Below are positions 10,001 to 18,965 of a stretch of DNA of 32,000 bases, piece by piece. The stretch spans positions 20,774 through 52,773 of the forward strand of contig JBHLKY010000022.1 of assembly GCA_048886185.1 (NCBI GenBank), in the 5' to 3' direction. The stretch is from Candidatus Hermodarchaeota archaeon. GTDB taxonomy: Archaea > Asgardarchaeota > Heimdallarchaeia > Hodarchaeales > Hodarchaeaceae. Numbering within the stretch: position 1 is the stretch's first letter; each line of letters opens with the position of its first letter. The notes beneath the pieces are model-generated. The model made no database searches. It had not been told where the DNA came from and saw only the letters and a program-made list of their open reading frames with translations. A program made the translations under genes and the position numbers.

Positions 10001-10680
10001 CTGTGAAAAGGATAATTGATTTTATCATGGATGTAGTGAAAGAACGTACTGGTCAAACAAGATCTAAAGGAGAAATCTATAAACTTGCTGCAGACCATTT
10101 TGAAAGGGTAGGTTTGGATAAATCAGTTCTGAAACACTATCCCCATGAACTTAGTGGGGGCATGAAACAACGTGTCATAATTGCAATCTCTACTTTATGG
10201 AATCCTCATCTCTTGATAATAGATGAACCAACAAGTGCATTAGATGTTACATCTCAAAAACAAATGATAAAAATGCTTTCTGAGTTGAAAAAAGAGCAGA
10301 TTATTCAATCAATCTTGTTTGTGTCACATGATATTGCTACTCTCAGACAATTATGTACTAGATCCATAATCATGTATTGTGGTGAAATTGTAGAGATTGG
10401 TACAATGGACGATATTATTAACAATCCTCTTCATCCTTATACTACTTTACTCATTTCATCTATTGTAAGATTCAATCCAGATGGTACTCGCTCTTTTGCG
10501 TTGAAGAGTATTCCAGGAAATCAACCTGACTTAAGAGCTCCTCCCCCTGGGTGTCGCTTTCACCCTCGCTGTCCTCAAGTGATGACTCATTGTAAATCTT
10601 ATGAACCCCCTACAGTAGAGATTTCTGTCGAAGGGAGAATGGTTAAGTGTTGGTTATTTCATGAGTATGATAAGCATTAA
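7075..10680 (+). CDS. Fusion protein: tandem FtsX/MacB-type (type VII ABC) permease plus C-terminal OppD/DppD-type ATPase with 4-Cys tail
   Basis: Two FtsX motifs (ERKKEFGILRSIG near 7942; ERELGIMRAMG near 9347), about 10 TM helices, two large extracytoplasmic loops. In frame from about 9690: GESGCGKS, QASMDSLNP, YPHELSGGMKQRV, IIDEPTSALDV, SHD, HPYT, PPGCRFHPRC..C..C. Start is ATG 7075 (track uses GTG 7066). Confidence 0.88.
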   Translation: MSYFNIAFRNVKRNRWRSFLLILGITMSVALETGIAITVDSLYENFITEQRWNNYTDLSIHSTINGTTPEEMKDVANTVQSISGVRRASTIITHIYSNETLESIEYNFSIDYNVIIYGCQTNHPDFQNINVINGNRSLNTNEVMISNSLAKMFGTVPGQNINLSRFIPDMSGSVNIKGIIKDENNFGNLFGYLLILVNLDFLYEKLLEAKWDFEIECVVEIANLMEIDEVTTRVMNELGENFLVMRGKIISELAKMGITSYQSAMNIILLASFVVAVLFLTNILAINVNERKKEFGILRSIGTSNTQIIITLGIEILIYCILGSLLGSILGLFFSVFYLTIFNQTEEIITITELVISPISLGSAFFSGIFISLVAGSYPVLLAIFYPPVQNIYYQQRTMERKWRITWKYSFLAGSILSLIGILGTYLIGPSQFLSFEIISFHFIAVVLTLIGTLLILTGLLSFLPKVSRYLFWHSAVSKIISSRNVKREASKSSITILTSAVALSFILIIGVVSSALVEAVPDFYNNQFGGIDIIAECYDGQELPISLVDKLKKNGDIHQVSFIQEHSTSVAMSQDRINIFGISPKEFEIFIDPILAQTKQNLITMLNTTEHGVIISDLLLKKLNVDLEEEVQIIIRENITVTLVINGIVRGNPFIHNGMYLYLSNTLFNQLFPSESEPVAKWFVIATEDEVNEKNLTRSLMRSYEFNRVSSIDYFSGVIEKTIQRQAALFQILFLESFFLVGLAQFVCILISTLRMERELGIMRAMGLSKNGVISIFLAESTLLGVTAVIIGIVEGVIGSYLMQWYISTSIPINVSFDLRLILLWVGVTFLITIISTLIPSYRSSNKSVVAAISGRAIPEIKVPDIEVFEEIVLNVENLRGYYRGSFGIVHGVDDVSFTMKKGEIVGLAGESGCGKSTLAELITGTPRPLLHYEEGIVRVDKYNIYNIRNEELRTKVKCKLMAYVPQASMDSLNPVKRIIDFIMDVVKERTGQTRSKGEIYKLAADHFERVGLDKSVLKHYPHELSGGMKQRVIIAISTLWNPHLLIIDEPTSALDVTSQKQMIKMLSELKKEQIIQSILFVSHDIATLRQLCTRSIIMYCGEIVEIGTMDDIINNPLHPYTTLLISSIVRFNPDGTRSFALKSIPGNQPDLRAPPPGCRFHPRCPQVMTHCKSYEPPTVEISVEGRMVKCWLFHEYDKH

Positions 10681-10743
10681 AAAAAAATAATAATATTATT
10701 ACAAACCAAATATCTTCCACATTTTAACAACGAGCATTAGGTT

Positions 10744-11553
10744 GTGCAATACTTGATAAATGATAATTTTGTTCTTGTTATGGACATGGACGGAACTTTG
10801 ATTAAAACAGGTGAACAACTTAATGATGAACTTGCAATTCTACTAAAACCCTATATTGATGAATTTCGTTTGATAATAGCTACAGCACGGCATCCCCTTG
10901 GAGTAAAATTTGTTTTACAGGAATTTTTTAATTTTGTGCCTACTATCTCTTTGAATGGAGCTGCTCTTCACCTAACGAGTTGGACAAAATTCGATAAAGT
11001 TATCTTTTTTCCAAGCAAAGTTGTTAGTGAGATCAAAGAAGAACTATCATCGTTTAATGTTGTTACAACATACTATGGAACAGATTTCTGGGCAGTATCA
11101 GATTATTCTCCAGGAGTTGATAGAGAGGCGAGAGTAACTGGTATGACGCCTGTTTTATGGGAAGAAAAGTTCCTAGATGGCTGTATAAAGATACTAGTAA
11201 TAGATGAAAGAAATAAGATAAAAAAGGTGCAAGAATATGTCTCCAGAAATCTCAGCAATCATGTCCAAGTTAATACTTCCCATGAAACTTATTTGGAAAT
11301 CTCCCCGTATTCTGTAAAGAAATGTTTATTTCTTCCGGATCTGTTGAAAGAGTTATTCTATAGAAACTATCGAACCATCAAAGTAATATTTATTGGTGAT
11401 TCTGAAAATGACATCCACTGTGCAGAAGTTGCCAATGAGGCTTGGACTTTTTCAACATCCCCAAAAAGATTAAAAGATCTCTCTTCAGGAATTCTAGACC
11501 ATGCTAATGGCAAAGGAGTAAAAAAATTTCTCATTCGGTTAAATAAACAATAA
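10744..11553 (+). CDS. HAD superfamily (Cof-like, subfamily IIB) phosphatase
   Basis: Motif I DMDGTL, IATAR, ISLNGA, YLEISP...K, motif IV IGDSEND. Confidence 0.87.
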   Translation: MQYLINDNFVLVMDMDGTLIKTGEQLNDELAILLKPYIDEFRLIIATARHPLGVKFVLQEFFNFVPTISLNGAALHLTSWTKFDKVIFFPSKVVSEIKEELSSFNVVTTYYGTDFWAVSDYSPGVDREARVTGMTPVLWEEKFLDGCIKILVIDERNKIKKVQEYVSRNLSNHVQVNTSHETYLEISPYSVKKCLFLPDLLKELFYRNYRTIKVIFIGDSENDIHCAEVANEAWTFSTSPKRLKDLSSGILDHANGKGVKKFLIRLNKQ

Positions 11554-11605
11554 GAATGCCTCTTAAACATGAACTATCAAAATAATCTCCTAGGAATGTC
11601 AAATA

Positions 11606-14600
11606 ATGAGTATTTATTATTACGATGAGAGTAATAGATTCGTTATAGAGAATTATAATCATGCTAAACCTTTTGCTAGTTTTCTACCTGGAATTGCAGG
11701 AACATTGGGCATCCCTCTGTGGGTTTTCTATGTTAACAGAGGGCAAGGAATTGCAAGTTTTGGATTTCGAGATAAGAATGGCTCAATCATGGAATTTTTT
11801 CCTGCAAATAAATCATACCAACTAGTGCCTTATATTGGATTTAGAACTTTTATAAAGAAAATTAGTAATAATAAATCTCATTTTCATGAACCTTTTTCAT
11901 TAAATCACCGAAATTTCAATAGAATTGAACGAATGATGATAAGCTCTCATGATCTAGAGATTGAAGAAATCTCACACGATCTTGGCTTGAAAACCAATAT
12001 AATTTACTTCACATTACCAAATGAAGATTTTGGTGGTTTAGTACGGAGAGTAAACATAAAAAATGTTTCTTCAAATCCCATAAAATTTGAGCTACTTGAT
12101 GGATTACCGATTGTGGTCCCTTTTGGGATCCCTCATAGGGTATTAAAGGAGATGAGTTATACAGGGATTGCTTGGATCGAAGTTTCCAATATAGACCAAA
12201 AAATCCCTTTTTATAGGGTTAGTTCAAGTATAGGAGACGAGACACAGGTTCAGAAAATAAACAAGGGACATTTTTTTCTATCATTCATTCAGAACAAAGA
12301 TGGAAATCGGCTATTAGATCCCATTGTTGACCCAGAAAACATATTTGGTAAAAATACATCACTATCTTATCCTGATATTTTCTTAAAATCATCAATAAAA
12401 GAATTACGAAAGAGAGGGCAAATAACTAGTAATAAAATCCCTTGTGGCTTTTTTTATACTGACTGGAGTCTAAATCCAAATGAATCAGTAGAAATAATTT
12501 CTATTATTGGTCAAGTTAATGATATTAACTGGCTTAACAGCCAAAAACAACGGATTATTCAGAAGAATTACATTGCTTTGAAAGAAGATGAAAATGCAGA
12601 AATCATTTCTTTAATAATGAAGAAGGTACAAACAAAGACATCCTCAAAATTATTTGATAGCTATTGCCAACAAAATTTCCTAGACAATGTTTTACGGGGA
12701 GGTTATCCATTTATTATAGATAGTATAAAAACACCTATTGTGTTTCACTTATACTTTAGAAAACACGGGGATTTAGAACGAGATTACAATTGGTACTATT
12801 TAGAAGATAATTTCTATTCACAAGGAAATGGAAATTATCGTGATGTTAATCAGAATCGAAGATGCGATGTACATATTCATCCTAATGTCCAGCATTTCAA
12901 TGTACTTGCATTCATGAACCTAATACAATTAGATGGATATAATCCATTAGTACTTGAAGGTTCAAGGTTCAAATTTGAAATCTCCAGTCAATTAGAAATC
13001 TTAAACCTTGGAAATGACCGTTCTAAAATAGAAGGTTTCTTTAAAAGACCCTTTACACCAGGAAGTTTAATCAAATTTATAAAGGATCAAAAAATCACTC
13101 TGAAGATTCCTCTTCACGATTTTCTGAAAACAGTCCTTAATCATTCAGATCAATTTTTTGAAGCTTCTCATGGAGAAGGTTATTGGATTGATCACTGGAC
13201 ATATAACTTAGACCTTATTGAAGACTATTTTTCAATTTTTCCTGATAAGAAGGATGAATTACTTTTTAAGAAGACCATTTTCACTTTTTATGACAATTCA
13301 GCAGTGGTTCGACCAAGAAAAGACAAATATGTATTAATTGACAGAAAAGTTCGACAATTAGGTTCAGTTATGATAGATAAACAAAAAGAGAAGTTAATTA
13401 ATTCCAGAGATCAATTTCAGAATTCTGTAAGAATAGAGAATGGAACTGGATCTGTTTACAAAACAACTTTGTTTTCAAAGCTATTTTGTCTCGTACTGGT
13501 TAAGTTTGCCACTTTAGATCCTTATGGAATGGGAATTGAGATGGAAGCTAATAAACCAAGCTGGTACGATGCTTTGAATGGATTACCAGGAATTTTCGGT
13601 TCCTCTATGTCTGAAACTTATGAGCTTAAAAGATTCATCATTTTTATGTTAAATTCTATTAAAAATAGTATAGAAAAATCTATCAAAATTCCAGTTGAAG
13701 CTTATGACTTTTTAGAGAAAACATTAAAACATTTAGAGGAATATTACTCTTCAAAAATGGAAAATAAGCAATTTCTTTATTGGGATGTAATCTCAACGGC
13801 GAGGGAAAACTTCAGGGAACGAATCAAATTTGGACTTATCGGGGAAGAAAAAGAGATTACAATTAAAAATGTAAAAATTAGTTTAGAAACCTTTTTACAG
13901 AAATTGGAGAAAGGGATATCTAATTCACTTGAATTGAATAATAAAAGATACCCTACTTACTTTTATTATGAAATCGAGGAATATGAACCACTTTATGATG
14001 AACAAGGAAATGTTAAAATTCATGAAAATGGTTTTCCTAACGTACAGATAAAGAAATTTAAGCCAGTGTCCCTACCATTGTTTCTAGAAGGATTTGTTAA
14101 AGGTATAAAAATCCAAACTAGTAAACAGAATGCAAGAGAAGTTTGGAGTCAAGCTAGAGACAGTAGGCTTTTTGATCAGAAGTTAAAGATGTATAAATTG
14201 AATGAATCACTTGATAAACAACCCATTGATATTGGGAGAGCCAAAGCTTTCACGGCAGGCTGGCTAGAGAATGAATCAATTTGGCTTCACATGCAGTACA
14301 AATTCTTACTTGAAGTCCTTAAACAAGGTCTATACAATGAATTTTTTTCTGATTTTAAAAATATAATAATTCCTTTCTTAAATCCAGAAGTTTATGGAAG
14401 AAATTTAACTGAAAATTCATCGTTCATCGTAAGCAGTGCCTTTATCGATGAAAATCTTCACGGAACAGGCTTCTATGCAAGATTAAGCGGAGCAACAGCA
14501 GAATTTTTACATATTTGGTTATTAATGATGGTAGGGAAGAATCCTTTTACAGTAGAAGATAACCAATTATGCTTAGAATTCAGACCAATTCTACCAAGCT

Positions 14601-14860
14601 GGTTATTCGATGAAAAAGGAATTATATCTTTTAATTTCTTAGGGAATTGTAATGTAATTTACAATAATCCGCAAAAATTAGACACATTTAATAAAAATAT
14701 ACAAATCAAGGAGATAGACCTTGAAATTGAAGGAGAAGGTACTACTAATCTCAAAGGAAGTAAAATCAGAACTCCTTTTGCATCATTGGTAAGATCAGGC
14801 AAAGTAAAATCTATTTCCATCTTTTTTGAATCCATTGAAACCTCAAAAAGTAATTTCTGA
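11606..14860 (+). CDS. Large glycoside phosphorylase-like protein; best fit is GH161 beta-1,3-glucan phosphorylase (often annotated 'cellobiose phosphorylase')
   Basis: 1084 aa; FASFLPGIAG..GIPLWVFYVNRGQ, RKHGDLERDYN, SQGNGNYRDVNQNRR, HGEGYWIDHWTYNLDL, WYDALNGLPG, GWLENESIWLHM.YK, RLSGATAEF. Family assignment is from my recall of these motifs and was not searched. Confidence 0.65.
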   Translation: MSIYYYDESNRFVIENYNHAKPFASFLPGIAGTLGIPLWVFYVNRGQGIASFGFRDKNGSIMEFFPANKSYQLVPYIGFRTFIKKISNNKSHFHEPFSLNHRNFNRIERMMISSHDLEIEEISHDLGLKTNIIYFTLPNEDFGGLVRRVNIKNVSSNPIKFELLDGLPIVVPFGIPHRVLKEMSYTGIAWIEVSNIDQKIPFYRVSSSIGDETQVQKINKGHFFLSFIQNKDGNRLLDPIVDPENIFGKNTSLSYPDIFLKSSIKELRKRGQITSNKIPCGFFYTDWSLNPNESVEIISIIGQVNDINWLNSQKQRIIQKNYIALKEDENAEIISLIMKKVQTKTSSKLFDSYCQQNFLDNVLRGGYPFIIDSIKTPIVFHLYFRKHGDLERDYNWYYLEDNFYSQGNGNYRDVNQNRRCDVHIHPNVQHFNVLAFMNLIQLDGYNPLVLEGSRFKFEISSQLEILNLGNDRSKIEGFFKRPFTPGSLIKFIKDQKITLKIPLHDFLKTVLNHSDQFFEASHGEGYWIDHWTYNLDLIEDYFSIFPDKKDELLFKKTIFTFYDNSAVVRPRKDKYVLIDRKVRQLGSVMIDKQKEKLINSRDQFQNSVRIENGTGSVYKTTLFSKLFCLVLVKFATLDPYGMGIEMEANKPSWYDALNGLPGIFGSSMSETYELKRFIIFMLNSIKNSIEKSIKIPVEAYDFLEKTLKHLEEYYSSKMENKQFLYWDVISTARENFRERIKFGLIGEEKEITIKNVKISLETFLQKLEKGISNSLELNNKRYPTYFYYEIEEYEPLYDEQGNVKIHENGFPNVQIKKFKPVSLPLFLEGFVKGIKIQTSKQNAREVWSQARDSRLFDQKLKMYKLNESLDKQPIDIGRAKAFTAGWLENESIWLHMQYKFLLEVLKQGLYNEFFSDFKNIIIPFLNPEVYGRNLTENSSFIVSSAFIDENLHGTGFYARLSGATAEFLHIWLLMMVGKNPFTVEDNQLCLEFRPILPSWLFDEKGIISFNFLGNCNVIYNNPQKLDTFNKNIQIKEIDLEIEGEGTTNLKGSKIRTPFASLVRSGKVKSISIFFESIETSKSNF

Positions 14861-14973
14861 AGGATGAAATCTAAGGGAACAATGATGAATAATAATTTTA
14901 ATCTTGCTCATTATATTAATATAGGCCAATTAAATATCAAAATAATTCAACCACATATAGGGTGAGCACTAAT

Positions 14974-15699
14974 ATGGAAACCACTAGGGCATTAATAGAC
15001 ATTGCTGAATGGAGGAGACGTCGTAAAGTAATTGAAAATAAAAGAATAGAACTTCTATTAAAGAATGAGAGTTGGATAAAACAAAGGTTGATTTCACAAC
15101 GGGGATCAGATGTTCGTCCTTCTGAAGTCTCTCAAACGATAGAATGGTTAAAGAAAGTCTCGAAATTTATACCTATTCCTTCTGATAGAGAATTAGAAGA
15201 AATTGTAAGAATTATGGTTCTCCTGAGCAATGAACGAGCAAAATTTTCTCACATTTATGATGAATCTGGTCTAAAACTAATGAAATCGGTAAGAGAGGGG
15301 ATGATACGATATTTTGTCGTACTCAGCGAACTTCGAGCTCGTAGAAAAGAGTTTATTGACTATTGGTTCACTGATGACTATTGGATAACAGAATGGAGTA
15401 AAATATTACTTGATTTAGCACCAGAGGAAAATATGACTAAATATAGTATTGCTGATGTAACAGCAAGGGACTTTTTATATATCTTAGAGCTAGAGCTAGC
15501 AACTGCTGACACTGCATCTGGATTGGAAAATCCAATGATCTGTTTACAAGCTATTGAAAATAAGGATGCTTTTCTAATTATTCCTACCGAAGCTGCCGCA
15601 AAAGAATATAAGGATCAAGTCGATCAAATCATTGATAAAAAAATAACATTCACGGAATGGACAAAAAAGACTTTAAAACATCTTGGACTACCGAAATGA
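14974..15699 (+). CDS. Hypothetical protein, charged and predicted helical, no recognised family
   Basis: Long open frame. GGTGA RBS precedes ATG 14974 (track start is GTG 14962); converges with the MBL-fold gene. Confidence 0.7.
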   Translation: METTRALIDIAEWRRRRKVIENKRIELLLKNESWIKQRLISQRGSDVRPSEVSQTIEWLKKVSKFIPIPSDRELEEIVRIMVLLSNERAKFSHIYDESGLKLMKSVREGMIRYFVVLSELRARRKEFIDYWFTDDYWITEWSKILLDLAPEENMTKYSIADVTARDFLYILELELATADTASGLENPMICLQAIENKDAFLIIPTEAAAKEYKDQVDQIIDKKITFTEWTKKTLKHLGLPK

Positions 15700-15721
15700 A
15701 TATTGAAAATAAATATAGCCT

Positions 15722-16564
15722 TTAATCTATATCATATTTCTTTTTATAGAAATTATACCAATATTCAACTGCTATTGGTTTCCATATCTCTGCTTCTAGC
15801 TTAAAAAAATCAGGGGGCTTTATAGCCTTCATTGGTAAATTATCTTGGATAACCTCACAAACTATTTCTTTAAGGGATTTATAGAAACTAATATGTTTAT
15901 CTAAGTCTTGTTTACTCAATAAAACATGACCATGACCAGGTACTATCTTCTCAATGTCCATTTTCTGTATTTGCTGTAACTGGGTCAACCACTTGTCAGG
16001 ATTGCAGGTAGGATCCCCCGCATAAGGATAAATATCTTCAAAAACAAGATCCCCAGTGAAAATAACCTTTTCTACAGGAAAATATACATAGGTTGATCCA
16101 GAGGTATGTCCTCCAGCGTGATAAATCTCTATCTTGAGATCTTCATCATATAGGAGCTTCTTATATTCAAAAGTGGTTGTTGGAGGAGTGATTTCAATTC
16201 CTTTTGCTAATGGATCTTCAATTATTAGGTTATTTCGCCATTCCTCTAAAGATTTTAAGGTATTTGGATCTGTTAGATTATGTAAGGTTTCTTTAGAACC
16301 AATAATTGACAAATCCCGAAATGCAGGTGACCCAAAGATGTGATCACCGTGATAGTGCGTATAAACTAAGTATTTAATAGGCAATCCAAATTTTTCCTCA
16401 ACTTTATCACGAAAATTCTTTGCTGTAACTGTATATGTCGTTGTATCAACGATACAGACAAAATTTCGTAATACTATGGCTCCAATATTTCCAGAACGGA
16501 TCATACTGGTGTTAACTATACAATGATAATCTGTAACAAATTCTAATTCAAATTTAAGTCCCAT
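15722..16564 (-). CDS. Metallo-beta-lactamase-fold hydrolase (cyclase-like)
   Basis: THYHGDH metal motif, GGHT.G, FTGDL, VPGHG. Confidence 0.88.
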   Translation of the reverse strand: MGLKFELEFVTDYHCIVNTSMIRSGNIGAIVLRNFVCIVDTTTYTVTAKNFRDKVEEKFGLPIKYLVYTHYHGDHIFGSPAFRDLSIIGSKETLHNLTDPNTLKSLEEWRNNLIIEDPLAKGIEITPPTTTFEYKKLLYDEDLKIEIYHAGGHTSGSTYVYFPVEKVIFTGDLVFEDIYPYAGDPTCNPDKWLTQLQQIQKMDIEKIVPGHGHVLLSKQDLDKHISFYKSLKEIVCEVIQDNLPMKAIKPPDFFKLEAEIWKPIAVEYWYNFYKKKYDID

Positions 16565-16660
16565 TGATTAAGAACACCTAAGATAAAAGAAGTTTCGATC
16601 CTATTTCAGATATTCTGGAGAAAAAGAAAGAGACCGGGATTAGTTATAGTATTTATTAAT

Positions 16661-17377
16661 TTACCATCCAAGGATTCTTTTTTCCTTATAAAATTCTCCT
16701 GTTTTTAAATTCCTCGCAGATTCTGTGGCTAGGAATATTGGAGTCTCAATTCCTTCTTTAATAGATAATGGCGCATTTGGTCCTCCTAGATCTGTTCTTA
16801 CCCATCCAGGATCAACTGAAAAAACCAGAATATTTGTATCCTTAAGTTCATTTGCTAAGTTTTTTGTTATGGCATTTATAGCAGTTTTTGAAATGCTATA
16901 AGCTGGATAATAATCCATTCTATTAACAGTCAATTGTCCCAATCCTGATGAAAAATTAATGATTCTTCCTGATTTGGATCTTCTTAGAAGAGGAATGAAC
17001 TTTTGGCTCATTAAAAGAATCCCTCTGAAATTTATGTTCATAGTTCGTTCTAAAATCTCAAGTGGAAGGTTTTCAATCCTGGTTTCAGCACTTTCAAGAT
17101 TCACTGCTCCATTGTTGATTAGAACATCGATGTGATTTTGTTCTTCTGAAACCTCTTTGGCAAGCCTTTCAATATCCTCAACTTTTTCTAAGTCAGTAAT
17201 TTTCAATTTAACTTTTAAGTTCTGATCTTTAAAGTCTTTTTCAGCCATAGAACCACTTTCCTCATTTCTACAAATCATATAAACAGTAGCTCCCATTTCA
17301 GCGAGTTTTCGTGTCATCGCTTTTCCCATACCTTTATTTGCACCAGTGATTAGAATGATTTTACCTTTGAGACTCAT
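16661..17377 (-). CDS. Short-chain dehydrogenase/reductase (carbonyl reductase-like)
   Basis: TGANKGMG, DVLINNGA, NFSSG, catalytic Y-x-x-x-K (YSISK), VDPGWVRTDLGG. Confidence 0.92.
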   Translation of the reverse strand: MSLKGKIILITGANKGMGKAMTRKLAEMGATVYMICRNEESGSMAEKDFKDQNLKVKLKITDLEKVEDIERLAKEVSEEQNHIDVLINNGAVNLESAETRIENLPLEILERTMNINFRGILLMSQKFIPLLRRSKSGRIINFSSGLGQLTVNRMDYYPAYSISKTAINAITKNLANELKDTNILVFSVDPGWVRTDLGGPNAPLSIKEGIETPIFLATESARNLKTGEFYKEKRILGW

Positions 17378-17501
17378 CTTGTTTCTTCCTTTCTTTCTCT
17401 AATGCTATATCCTCCATTTGCATCTATCCAGTAGGAGCTTCCCCAATTCCCGAACTTCCTCTGAATAATATAGCAACTTTTCCATTTAAACCATTTTCCA
17501 T
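17374..17501 (-). pseudogene. Internally deleted SDR remnant
   Basis: ATG 17501 reads MENGLNGKVAILFRGSSGIGEA (SDR Rossmann start), then stops. A shifted frame reads SSYWIDANGGYSIRERKEETR* (SDR C-terminal D-x-x-GG-Y motif), and its TGA overlaps the ATG of the downstream SDR (ATGA). Confidence 0.65.
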
Positions 17502-17592
17502 AATATTACACTTAAGATTAGATTGTTTCACTTGTTTTGAAGAAAATTTATTAAATTTCCTTTGAAAATAGACTGAAAGAGGTGTTTTAGTA

Positions 17593-18927
17593 ATGAATTC
17601 ATCCTTTATCAAAGTAGATGGATCTAAGTTCATTGTAAATGGAAACAAAATCATTTTAAGAGGTTTTGGGCTTGGAAACTGGTTAAACATCGAACACTTT
17701 ATGATCGGTCTTCCTGGAACAGAATCTCAATTAAGGGGAGCTCTTGAACAAGCATATGGATTAAAAAACGCCAAAAAATTCTGGGAAAAGTATCACAACT
17801 GTTACATTAATGAAAAAGATTTCCAATTTCTTAGGAAAATAGGTGTTAATTCGCTTAGAATTTCTTTTAATTACCGACTTTTTGAATCTGATCTGCAGCC
17901 TTATTCTTATGACCCAAATGGTTTTGGCCAACTAGACCGAATCCTGAAATTGTGTGAAAAATACAAGATCTATGCCATTCTCGATCTACACGCTGCACCA
18001 GGAGGCCAGAATCCAGATTGGCATTCAGATAACGCAACAGGTGAAGCTCTTTTTTGGGAACAGCAGGATTTCCAAAAGCGTGTCTTTTATTTATGGAAAC
18101 ATATTGCTTTGCATTACTGTTCTAATCCATGGGTCGCTGGATATGATTTAATGAATGAACCATGTTATTATGAACCCAAGGGAGAGATTGTTGATCAATT
18201 CTATCATGAACTAGCTAAAGAAATACGAAAAGTGGATAAAAATCATATTCTGTTCATTGAAGGAGATTTTTATGGACATTTCTTCACAAAGTATACTCCT
18301 TATGAGGACCCGAATGTCGCTTATTCATTTCATTTTTATCCATCATTTTTCGATGGCAAAATTCAACAAAAGTCAGACCAAATAGATACAATTGAAAAAG
18401 TAATTTTTGGTGATGGTGAGATAGATTTTGTAAAAAATAAATTCCAACGCCCTTTATGGTGTGGTGAAACAGGAATTTCCTTAAAAAGAGGTAATATGAA
18501 ATTTTATGAATCATTACTACATGATACAATAACAGTTTTTGAAAAAAATGGCATATCTTGGTCCATTTGGACCTACAAAGATGCTAGAAGCATGGGATGT
18601 CTTCATCCGAAAGTTGATTCTCCTTGGATGAAATTTTCGGCCTTGGCGTCAGGAGATTGGAAATTTGAGGAGGAATTTCAAAGATATTTAATTGCAAATG
18701 AAGTATTGAAGAACATGAATTTAACTCACTTACCGAATAATCTCCAGCGGAAGATTAATTTTCGCCTTTTGGCAAATAATCAATTAGTGAGGTGTATTCG
18801 CTACAAAGACATTTTTAATAAAATTCCAATTGAAGGATTGATGAGTTATCCAAAGTCCTTTCTTTTTGAAAATTGTGAACAATGGACAACCATTATAGAT
18901 CTGATCAAAACACAAACAAAAATTTAA
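17593..18927 (+). CDS. GH5 glycoside hydrolase, resembling subfamily GH5_22 (beta-xylosidase/glucosidase-like), no signal peptide
   Basis: LRGFGLGNWLNIEHF, LDLHAAPGGQNPDWHSDN, acid/base YDLMNEP, FHFY, nucleophile WCGETG, WSIWTYKD. Confidence 0.83.
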   Translation: MNSSFIKVDGSKFIVNGNKIILRGFGLGNWLNIEHFMIGLPGTESQLRGALEQAYGLKNAKKFWEKYHNCYINEKDFQFLRKIGVNSLRISFNYRLFESDLQPYSYDPNGFGQLDRILKLCEKYKIYAILDLHAAPGGQNPDWHSDNATGEALFWEQQDFQKRVFYLWKHIALHYCSNPWVAGYDLMNEPCYYEPKGEIVDQFYHELAKEIRKVDKNHILFIEGDFYGHFFTKYTPYEDPNVAYSFHFYPSFFDGKIQQKSDQIDTIEKVIFGDGEIDFVKNKFQRPLWCGETGISLKRGNMKFYESLLHDTITVFEKNGISWSIWTYKDARSMGCLHPKVDSPWMKFSALASGDWKFEEEFQRYLIANEVLKNMNLTHLPNNLQRKINFRLLANNQLVRCIRYKDIFNKIPIEGLMSYPKSFLFENCEQWTTIIDLIKTQTKI

Positions 18928-18965
18928 TTTCCCATCAAAATTATAAATAATTTAAGGTGAAATTT

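Noticed and set aside
7075-10680. Naming the fusion macB or oppD
   Set aside because: Domain order and NBD class match neither canonical gene
17502-17690. Upstream part of track ORF 17424-17690 as coding
   Set aside because: Overlaps the GH5 start antisense and crosses its promoter gap; only the part from ATG 17501 looks like SDR
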